DNA of 64,000 bases, taken from assembly GCA_001938485.1 (NCBI GenBank), contig MQRK01218924.1:1-64000 (forward strand). Reading direction: 5' to 3'. This stretch comes from Girardia tigrina (Eukaryota). A model generated the notes under the pieces. It had not been told where the DNA came from. It searched no databases and saw nothing but the letters and a program-made list of their open reading frames with translations. Every line of letters starts with the position of its first letter. Within the stretch, counting starts at the first letter, position 1. Below, in pieces: positions 53,421 to 64,000 of the stretch. Both the position numbers and the translations under genes were made by a program.

Positions 53421-56129
53421 TTTTGGAAAGTGGAGGAGAAAGTTTTTATTAGACCATGTAATATAAACTTTTAAATTTATATTTGTATAAAAAATACAAT
53501 AATTTATAAAATCATCAAATTAAATTATCAATATCAATTATTGGATTGTTTATATATATATAAAGATTAATTTACACAATGACTACGGATTTGAGTTAAG
53601 GAAAACCGAGTTCAGATGAATCTAATTCCCTGTCTATCTCAAACAACACTAAAAGTCAAACAAATTCGCCCAAATCGTTTTCATCATTGTTAGATGTTTT
53701 TGGAACATCTTCCACGCTATCGATATTATAAGCTGACATCACATTTTCAAATTTTATTTCTCTACCAAAAAAAAATGTCTAATACATTTTATTTAAATAA
53801 ATTTAATCGAAATTAAATTCATTTATTTTTTTTTACTTTTGAGGAACTATTTACTCCATAAATCTCAAACCGGTATAATAAAAATAAATATAGTATAATA
53901 ATCCATTTGACTTTTTTTTACTTTCTGACAATTAAATAATTTTTGATTTTATAATGAGACTTTGAATTCAATTATTATTTCAAAAATTTTAAAAAAACAT
54001 TTCATAAAAAGTTCCTAACAATCATCATTAAGTTTCACGAGTGCCAGATTTCGAATGGTTGTGAATTCAATGTTTCATTGAAGACAATCTTCCTCACGAC
54101 CAGTACTCATATTGGGATATAATCATGCCATTTCAGACTATTGCTTCTGGAGGTATTACCAAAGAAAGACTCATTTTATTCATATCAAGTAGGAATAAAT
54201 TCCGTATGGAATATTTCAGAAAAAAACTTATCATTGATAAAAAAATGTTACTCAATCGAGTGTAATTCATAGTCCAAGGTTGCTTATCAAGTTTACATGT
54301 CTAAATAAATTATGGAAGTCTCAAGTATCGATAGAGGAAGTGGTTTGCTAGATTCCCACATTTATTAGGAACGAAATGATTAAGGTACCAATCGGGGAAG
54401 TTAAACAAGAACAACAGCTATTTGAACGTAATATTCTATCAAATATAAATAAACTTTTAAAAGAATATTATTTAATTGATGATTGTTATCCTCACAATTT
54501 GCTGTCAGAAACAATTAAATATCTGGTTGAAAACCCCGAAACATTATCGTAAAGTGTTCTCTGTTGTTTCGAAACCATCTAGGAGATCTGTACTATTTGT
54601 GGTAATGGATTTCATTCAAAAACGGACTTGGACAGTCATTTAGAAACGTAAAATTGTAAAGCTAATACAATTCAATTCATAGATGTCAATGTACCAAAAC
54701 ATTTGACATGCATTTTAAATGAACGAATCACTGGTTAATGTGTGATGTGCCATATGGGGTTATAGCTTGCCATATTTGGAGAAACACTGCTTGGGTACAT
54801 TTTAATCATACCTTTCACCGTTGTGATGGATGTCAGATATTTTTCTTTGGCTCTTTACAATTGTGGAATCCTATTTGTTACTGTCCTTTTCCCGGGTTTT
54901 TTACTTGCCAACTTTCAATTGTGTGTTGATAATATGAAAACGAAATTGTATTATGAAAGCAGTTTTCAAGAATTAATGAAGACCCTTATAGTGATAAAAT
55001 ATGTATAAAATTATTACAAGAATTGTCGAAAATGATCGATTGGCGTTTGCTTATCAACAAATGGGTGGTAGCATTCTCATGTGCCCGAATGCTGATAGCT
55101 GCCCCATTTGGGAAAAGAAATTTCAGAATTTTTAAATGGCAATTGTTTTATAAAAATTAAAAGACGCCATTTTAAAATAAATTTTTTATTAACGCAATAT
55201 ATTTAGACGGAATATCTGTCATCATCAGGCGATTCTGATTCTAGCTATTAAGCTTATATATGTAAGAATGATGATTACTTAATCAATTATGTAATAACCG
55301 CTTCACGCAATTATAAATGTTTGCAATTAATTGAAACAATTGCAATAATTGATTGTTTGCCTCCAATTAATTGCAATTAATTTTTCCCAGCCTTGGGTGT
55401 AAGTGTATGTTAGAGTTCGTATGGGCACTCACTCACACATCTGAACTGCACTATTTGACTGATTAGACTCCTCCATTATCGTTCTTGGTTTGACTGTGAT
55501 AATTTCTTCTCACGCCAATCTGCGTCCGCATTCACATACACCTGATATTTATGTCTGATGGTTGTGCCGCTTCCTACCACATGAATGAACACTATGTAGT
55601 CTTTGCTTCATTGAAATTTGTTATTATAAACAAATGAATGGATAAATCTTGGTTGCATGAAACAATGACTTGTTCCACCAAATACCAGATTTTTCTATCG
55701 ATTGGGACCCTGACAGCATAATCATAACTTTAATGCTTCTCAAAAGTCGCTCTCACATACTGCCGCATGTTACCGACCAACTTGACTCCTCCGCCCCATA
55801 TTTTAAGCTGTACCGAGACTCACAAAAACCATGCTTTATTTGCACACGCACACAAGGATTATTTGGCGTTTGGGTACCAAATTCAGCAAACCCTATGCAC
55901 ATTAGCACTTATAATCTTTCTACCTAACGTTTGTGTATACATCTTTCTCATTGAAGTGAATTTCATTATATTTTTCTAAGTGAAATGATGACCTCTGAAA
56001 TTTCATTATTCTCAGTGCTGATTGTGCCTTTTAACTTTTTTTGCTATCCATGAGGTCCAAGTTCTTTTCATTGTACTGATTCTGTGTATCATTCAATCTA
56101 TTGTAACTATCGTCTTGGATTTTATCAAC

Positions 56130-57870
56130 ATGAAATTACTACTTCGACTAAAAAGTGAAAAGGCCAAAAGGAAAATTCATGCTACAGAATCTGAAATCAT
56201 TATTTCCGACTGCTGTGATTCAAGTGAAGCTAAAAGTCAATGTGAAAGTGAAGGTGAAGTTGAAGTGAACAAACATCGTGAGTGATAGCACAGATGAAGA
56301 AAATAGTGATACGGAAGAACTAACTCATCCAGGACAATATCGTTGTGGAAAGCATGCACTTCCATAATCTGTGGACGTGTTTCATTCACTAAACAATAGT
56401 CAAGTATTTTTAGAAAATGACGCAAATGAGCCTATCCATTATTTTCGCATTTTTCGACGATTCCGTGATTGACCAAATCTCTATGCATTCTAAGTATATG
56501 TTCTCTTGAGCAGTTCATATAGAAGGACGTTATCGAGAAGTTTTTAGGTGCAACAATGCTTATGCGCATCTATCACATTCTTCGAACAAGAATGTTTGGG
56601 AAAGACCCGATGAAAGATTCAATGATATGTGCAAATACACCACTATCTACTTGTTTAAAATAAACTTTCTATTTTTTAAATTCGAATTTGTGTATAAATA
56701 CCTTCATTTCAATGATAGTAATATGATATCATCAAGAGATTGCCAGGAATGCAATAAGCTATATAAAATAAGACCACTACTACAGATGATTGTGTCAAAG
56801 TTCGGAGTCCTACCTTTAGAAGAGTGTTATAGTATCGATGAGCAGATACCTTTAATCCAGAGAAGATCACCAATTGAACAGTACAGGCCAAATCGACCCC
56901 ATAAATAGGGGGTCCAAAATTGGTTCTTACAGTGCCAAAGGTGAGTATATACTTGGCGACAATGTTGTTCTAAATCTCCAGGAAGGGATAGTACCAAAAG
57001 GAAAACACCATAAAATTTCATTCGATAATTATTTCACTGGGTTACCATTGCTAGAGAAGATGCATTTACTTGGTTAGAATGATCTAGGCACCCTTAGATC
57101 AAATCGACTAAAGGGTACCAACAATACTCTGAAACCGAAAAGCAAGTTGATAAAAAAGGAATAGGCTCCTCTCACTTGGTATGCAGCATTCAACTCACAT
57201 TAAATTATATCGACGGCGAGTTTGATATACCGGTTTCATGGTACTGTCACAAAACGCGCTTAGAAGCTATTATCGTGTATGAACGAAAACACGAAAATGG
57301 TACCGTTATATTTTTTTTCAATCTTGTCAATCACGCTATTTTCAACAGTTGGCTGCTATACCATCAGGACGGGCACATCCAAAAGCTACCAGAACGACAA
57401 ATATTGGATTCTTGCTCACAAGACATTATAACAAACACCAAAATTTATTTCTACAACAATTCGAATTTTTTAAACAAATATTTTCATAATTTCATAACAT
57501 TCAAAAATTTTATTTATGAACGTTCCCAACAACAACAATTAACTATTTTGCGTTTTCAAGCATCATACTCTAACTCTTTGTTATTTCAAAACAAACCCAC
57601 ACCAGCAACGATGACGAAGAAACGTGTACAACCATCTCATTCATCTTCTTCAACATGCCCAACAGTCAAAGTTGGTAGAAAAGCTGTAACTACTAATCCA
57701 GAGAAGGCGGTTAGATCACATCTGGTTGATCACTACTCAATTTTCCTATAAAAACATCAGCGCTGTCGTCTGTTTGCAACGCCATGAACGTGGTGAAACT
57801 TACTTTTTGTACTCAAATGTAAAATACATCTATGTCTACATCGTACATGCAACTGCTTCTATGATTGGCA
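56130..57870 (+). mobile_element. Degenerate piggyBac (PGBD3-like) transposase
   Basis: Acidic N-terminus, KLYKIRPLL, YSIDEQI, PNRPHK.G.K, FDNYFTGLPLL, NSWLLY and a C-terminal Cys-rich remnant. Confidence 0.85.
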
Positions 57871-58435
57871 TCACTGAATATGGAAATTTTCAGTAGACAT
57901 TCGCATTGTTTTGTACTTTCCATAGAGTGAAAAAAGTTCTGATTGTGATTTGTCTTTGTTGAAAGACAAATTAAAATTTTTGTTAATAATGTCAATAAAA
58001 ATTACTTTTTAAATTAAAAATGAATTATTAAATAAATTAATCAGAATTATACAATTAAATAAATTACTAATTTAGTTAAATTAGATTATTATGTTATTAA
58101 AAACATTTGAAAATTATAACAAACTAAAATAAAATTTAGATAATTTAATGTTTTATTTTGAAAAATATGTGTTAAGTTTTAAAATATTTGTTAAGTTTTT
58201 ATTTTATTTTACTATAAATTTTATTTTTTAGTACTAAAATGTTTTTGCTTTTGAAAAAATTCATGCTTACACTTACTTTTAGATCAAAACTTATGATTAT
58301 AACTAATTTTATTTCTTGTGTTTTAAAATTTATTTTTCATTTGAAGTTAAGCAAGAAAAAATAATAAGTTCTAAGAAATAAATAATTAAGTACATTATTA
58401 ACTTTTTGTTTTGAGTTTTTATATTTTGTAAACAG

Positions 58436-59213
58436 GCGGAAACATTAGTGTTCAGAGATCGAAAACTAAACATTGGTAGAGCTGTTAAAAAACAAGTATG
58501 CTTTATTATATCATTTTAAAATTCTAACATGTTGTCAAGCCTTTAACTGGCAAAGCTGAAATGCAAAATACAGTAATCTTGAATACATTACCTTTACCAT
58601 ATGGAGCAGTATATCCTTACCAGGATTATTCTTACCTGTTCAATCAGGTGAAATATTTAATGATAAATTTATAATATATAAACATATTTAGGATCTGACT
58701 TCGTTTTATCAAAATTATTCCAACCAGTTGTCTCAAATGTCCATGTTACCTGCGTACACATCTTCCTTGCTATCTCCATTTATCGCAACTAATGAAACTC
58801 TGGGTCTTTCTCTAAATCCATATCAACAATTACAGTCATTAATTCCGTTATCCGTTGCTACGCCCTCTCAAAATAATTCTTCCTTCCTTGTAGACGCTAC
58901 CACTTATTTAACAGAACAATTATCCAGTAATCCAATCGTATCAACCGATACGTCTAGTTCCTCTGATTCGAGTAAAACTACAGATACAGTAACAATTTCA
59001 AGCAGTTACAAAAGTTATGACACGAATTTACAGCCGAAATCACAAAATAAAACTCCATTCAATGCAATTACCAATCAAGTACTTAATAATAAAAATTCCG
59101 CAAGCAAGTTTGTTAAAGATGATTATGAGTTACCGAAAAAGAAAATAAAACATGAAGAAACAAACAGCGTCACGAAGTTTAGTGAACCAATACATTACCT
59201 ATTTCCTAAGTGA
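58436..59213 (+). CDS. boule: Boule/DAZ-family protein, exons 5-7 (58436-58495, 58540-58647, 58692-59213)
   Basis: Exon 5 AETLVFRDRKLNIGRAVKKQ completes the Boule RRM in phase 0 with exon 4; two 44-bp GT-AG introns; Pro/Tyr/Gln- then Ser/Thr-rich tail; predicted protein ~321 aa. Confidence 0.85.
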
Positions 59214-59358
59214 TAAATTATTTTATAATAGAATGCAAAATGTTCTTTTGTGTTTGTCATGTTTATTATAATAAAATGTTTGTACTTTTCGAAGTTCTTT
59301 GTTTTATTGATTTAAATTTATATTTTTAATTCAAGAGTTATTATGGACTCCTCATACA

Positions 59359-59376
59359 TGGCGACCACGCCAGGAC
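59359..59376 (+). promoter_or_regulatory. Probable retrotransposon PBS (tRNA-Arg-like), followed by gapped gag-like remnants to ~60360
   Basis: ...CTCCTCATACA then TGGCGACCACGCCAGGAC, whose complement GTCCTGGCGTGGTCGCCA looks like a tRNA 3' end. Confidence 0.5.
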
Positions 59377-60639
59377 CATGTATGACATTCCATAATAACT
59401 GGAGCGGAGAATTGCTAATTTGACCGAACATTTATTTTGCCAGTTCAGGAATTTATAAATAAAATATATAAATAAATTAAATAATTAATTAAATTAAAAG
59501 AATTAAAATAATTAAANNNNNNNNNNNNNNNNNNNNNNNNNNNNNNNNNNNNNNNNNNNNNNNNNNNNNNNNNNNNNNNNNNNNNNNNNNNNNNNNNNNN
59601 NNNNNNNNNNNNNNNNNNNNNNNNNNNNNNNNNNNNNNNNNNNNNNNNNNNNNNNNNNNNNNNNNNNNNNNNNNNNNNNNNNNNNNNNNNNNNNNNNNNN
59701 NNNNNNNNNNNNNNNNNNNNNNNNNNNNNNNNNNNNNNNNNNNNNNNNNNNNNNNNNNNNNNNNNNNNNNNNNNNNNNNNNNNNNNNNNNNNNNNNNNNN
59801 NNNNNNNNNNNNNNNNNNNNNNNNNNNNNNNNNNNNNNNNNNNNNNNNNNNNNNNNNNNNNNNNNNNNNNNNNNNNNNNNNNNNNNNNATAAATCAACAG
59901 ATAAATGAGGAACTGCTAACTTTTAATAATACTGAAAACAATTCAATAAAGCGATCTGAAACCCACTTTAACATAGCTAATAAAGTTGTTATAGAAAATT
60001 TACAAAGTGATTTGATCAATTATCAGGAACGAATTAATGAGTTGACAAGTGAGAACAATATTTTAAAACAGCNNNNNNNNNNNNNNNNNNNNNNNNNNNN
60101 NNNNNNNNNNNNNNNNNNNNNNNNNNNNNNNNNNNNNNNNNNNNNNNNNNNNNNNNNNNNNNNNNNNNNNNNNNNNNNNNNNNNNNNNNNNNNNNNNNNN
60201 NNNNNNNNNNNNNNNNNNAAAAATTTAACACTAAATCTTCGTCAAACCGAATATGCTGAAGGAGACGCGCTGGATGCGCTGAATTTAATGATGATATTGT
60301 TGAAAAACAGTTCTCTCTACAAAATAACAACGTGGAGACACGGAATCCCGTCCAATAACTAACTAATTAAAGAAATACAAATTAGAAAAATATATATTTG
60401 TGATTTAAAAAATACACGTGTTGTCCATATTATTTAAACAAATTCAGGATATTAATTAGAATATTTTTGATCCGTTATTGTAATATATTTAGTATAATAA
60501 AGATAATATAAAAAGCATATAATTATTTATCCTCGCAATAATATAATTTATTGTTAAGGGACTTCAAAATAATTTTGGGGTACACTGATTAGATGATTCT
60601 CAATTTTTATTTGGAATTTATTATTAAATGACAGCGACA

Positions 60640-61441
60640 GTATTATTGGACTATCGTTGTTTTTGGTAAGAGATCGTTGATAAATGGGTTCCACATGATT
60701 TGAATGAAAATCAAAAGAACCGACGCTATGAAATTTGTTCTGCCAATCATCTTCGCAATAAAAACGATCCATTTCTTGATCGTATTGTTACCGGGGATGA
60801 GAAATGGATCCTGTATGATAACCAACGTCAATCTGCACAGTGGTTGGACAAAGATGAAGTACCGAAACACTTTCCAAAACCGAAACTAACACCCCGTAAG
60901 GTTATGGTGACAGTTTGGTGGTGTGATGCTGGAATCATCCACTATAGTTTCTTGAATCAAGGTGAAACAATCACAGCGGAGAGGTACTGTCATGAAATTG
61001 ATGAAATGCATAAAAAATTGAAAACCCTTTGTCCGGGATTGGACAATCGAAAAAGTCCCATCTTTCTTCGTGATAACGCTAGACCTTTATTTCAAAAGTG
61101 ACTCTTCAAAAGCTTAATGAGTTGGGCTATGAAACCCTGCCTCATCCACCATATTCACCAGACCTCTCGCCAACGAACTTCTACTTTTTCAGGCATTTGT
61201 ACAACTTCGTACGTGAAAAAATTTTCAAAAACCAAAATGATGCTCAAAATGCCTTCCAAGAATTTGTCGCTTCGAGAACCGACGCATTTTATGCTGATGA
61301 AATAAAACAACTTGTTTCTCGTTGGCAAAAAGGTATTGATGCCAACGGTTCATACTTTGATTAATAAACTTTTGTTTCTGTGAATTTGCACGTCTTTGAA
61401 GTTTGTGTCGCAAAACCGTCATTATTTTTCGACCAACCTAA
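60640..61441 (+). mobile_element. 5'-truncated mariner
   Basis: WVPHDL, IVTGDEKWILY, DNARP, HPPYSPDLSP, GSYFD; 3' TIR ...CGACCAACCTAA followed by TA. Confidence 0.93.
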
Positions 61442-61743
61442 TAAATAAATATATTTATAATAAAACAACTTATTTTAATTTCTTTTTTAATAAATTTATT
61501 TATTCACGCCAATTTCCCAACACTAATAGACAAGAATTTTTATTATTATTAGAGGATTTGGACACTTGGAATGCAAACCAATAATATACCGTGCAGCTGA
61601 AATGAACGGATTTTTTACATGACCGGGCCAGCCATCTATATAAGGCTAATATTCGAAAGAAAGTTATAATAAAAAGGATTGTTAAGAATAATTTAATTTA
61701 ATGAAAGCCATTGCTGAAAAAACTCATTTATTTTCAACGAGGT

Positions 61744-62186
61744 TGTGAGAAATATTTGATGAGTGGATGTTTTTGTGTAGTGTTTGTACATTTAAATGTT
61801 GTAGTTTGATTTGGGATGGATTATCAATATTTAATTTCTTATAATCTGAAACTAATTTATTTAAATTTAGATTTAATATTCAAATTTTTAATTTTTAATA
61901 TTGCAACTTTTAAATAAGTTTATTGATTTTTTTTTGTAAATTTTTAAATAATTAAAATCAAATTAATATTTAAAAATGACTATAAAAATATTTTATTTCA
62001 GCCGATAAAATTTATAGTAAATATTTTTAAATAAAATAATCTTCGCAAGTTTAGTTCAGATTATGATGGGAGATATTGCAAATTGATTGATGAGTCTAAG
62101 TGAAAGCAATACTATTGATCATCATAAAGATGATAATAAATGTGAATGTAATAAATGTTCTGTCAAATGTGTGAGTTCTTTTAACA
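61744..62186 (+). mobile_element. Solo LTR, family B
   Basis: TGTGAGAAAT...TTCTTTTAACA (canonical TG..CA) with 5-bp TSD GAGGT. Confidence 0.8.
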
Positions 62187-63011
62187 GAGGTGATGTCGGT
62201 AGTTTATGAATGCAAATTGAACTCTAAACCCTAATTAATTACTGAAAGGTAACATGTTTTTACATGCTTCTCTATTCATTTTGCATTTATTGTGTTTCTA
62301 AGAAAACTTAGAAAAATAAGTAAATTTTGATAATTTGAAAATTGAAATTTTAACCTCTTGAAAAAACTAATAAAAAACAATGACAAATTTTTAAACAGAA
62401 ATTAAATAATGTTCAAAGTGAAAAAACAACTAAAAAAATTTTTTTCAATCCTTTTTCTGAATTTATATTAAATTTTTAATCGTAAAGTCATCTCATTTAT
62501 TAGATTTAGAATTCTTTTACTTCTCCTAAAAATCAGATAAATTTTAATATTTTTTTCCAGAAAATATTTTAAACTCTATTAATATTAAATAGTGTCCAAT
62601 AAACCATTGAAAAATCATTCATAAATTTTAAATTTAAAAATACTGTAACTTTTAAAATTCAATTTTCACAAACACCTCATTTCTATAAAACAATCAAAAT
62701 TGATTTTTCGAAAAAAAACAACATTTTTTAATTTAAAAAAATCTTGATGATTAAATTTTTCCATCTCACTTAAAAACATTTTCGAAAAAAATTTACTAAA
62801 TCGCAAAAAAACCGACTTTGTTTATTTATATAAAGATCGATTTCCCACAAATTTAAATATATTGACAAACAACTCCATTAGTTTCAATCAAAAGAAAAAG
62901 GAGAAAATTCATTTTATTAATATTCTATTTAAAAATTGTTTTTCTAATTTGTTATGATACAAATATCGAACTATCTATTCTAAAACTTATTCAATATCGA
63001 AATTGGAAATT

Positions 63012-63690
63012 ATGGATTTCAATGAACCGAACATCGATCCAGATGTTATCGAATTCTATCGATCGAAACCCAAGCAATCTAGTCAGCCACAGACACAGAC
63101 TCGCTCGTCGATCCCCGTCAGTCAGCAGCAGCAGCACCAGCAGATCCTCTACCACCAGCACATGCAGCAGATCCAGCAGAACCAACAGCAAATCCTCAAG
63201 CGCCCGTCTCAAGCGCAGATGTACTATCAGAAGCAGTCCGCGTCTGCAGCGACCGCGAGCCAGCAACAGCAGCAGCAGCACCAGATCCAGCAGCAGCTGC
63301 AGCAGGCCGGCAAGCCCGTCAAGGTCTACCACCAGCACCAGCAGCTCATCCAGCAGCATCCCCAGCAGCCGATGGCGGCCGTTAGCGCGTCCCACTCTAG
63401 CAGCAACTCGGGCAGCAACACGAACACCGGCAGCGGCACCAGTCTCAAGGCCAAGGACCTCGTGCAGCTGCTCAAACACGGCATCGCGCTTCTGCCCGGC
63501 GGTAGAGACAAGCNNNNNNNNNNNNNNNNNNNNNNNNNNNNNNNNNNNNNNNNNCGACATCGAGGATTTGTATGTGCTGGTGAGATATTTGACGTTTCTA
63601 CCCGACGAGAACGTGAAGAAGTTGAAGTTTTCCGTGGTGATTGATATGCGGGCGGGCACGACCTGGCACAGCGTCAAGCCGATTTTGAAG
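63012..63690 (+). CDS. First coding exon of a Trio/Kalirin-like (SEC14/CRAL-TRIO domain) protein with a poly-Q N-terminal extension
   Basis: LKAKDLVQLLKHGIALLPGGRDK...EDLYVLVRYLTFLPDE...FSVVIDMR..TWHSVKPILK matches the Trio/Kalirin/SESTD1 SEC14 start; GT donor at 63691; the frame change coincides with an N gap. Confidence 0.82.
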
Positions 63691-64000
63691 GTTTAATTCA
63701 TTTGATTTTATTTTACATAATTACTTGTATCGCTTATTGAGAGTTTAATCCCTCATCCTTTTCTAAATAAAATAATATATTAATATAACATGTTATCGAA
63801 TGGAGACACAATAGCGCGTACACAGAGGATTAGAGGGATAAATTGCCCCCGAAAAATTTAAATTTCGACATCAATTATCTTTAGAAGTTGTTTAACTGCA
63901 TATAAATAAATAATAAATGTTTAAGTTTAAAATACGAATTCTCCAAAATAATTTATATTATGCAAATTTAATAAAACCAACCAAACATTTTTTTAATTAT

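Noticed and set aside
62991-63677. 228-aa antisense ORF, and the alternative Ser-rich frame, over the poly-Q exon
   Set aside because: Shadow ORFs caused by CAG-rich, stop-poor sequence.

Overview
Eukaryotic, very AT-rich animal DNA from a draft scaffold with many N gaps; not prokaryotic. Host genes have GT-AG introns mostly 44-77 bp long, suggesting a compact-intron invertebrate (the taxon cannot be fixed from this window). Host genes: the 3' part of a nicotinic acetylcholine receptor alpha subunit; an apparently complete Boule/DAZ-family gene whose RRM is split by a single 17.2-kb intron packed with transposons; an FCP1/CTDP1-like HAD phosphatase inside a near-perfect inverted duplication with ~1.3-kb arms; and the first, poly-Q, GC-rich exon of a Trio/Kalirin-like gene. 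There are also pseudogene fragments of beta-tubulin and a formin FH2 domain. Much of the rest is decayed transposons: hAT elements and MITEs with intact TIRs and 8-bp TSDs, many Tc1/mariner elements, MULE, piggyBac, pogo, Chapaev3-like, Gypsy, an RTE-like LINE, and a solo-LTR family with 5-bp TSDs. Most notable: (1) the giant TE-filled Boule intron; (2) an insert that looks like a captured LTR reverse-transcription intermediate (LTR + exactly 18-nt tRNA-Leu PBS fused to the inverted PPT/integrase end, 39-bp target duplication); (3) the FCP1-like palindrome; (4) local fold-back duplications recurring at several scales.
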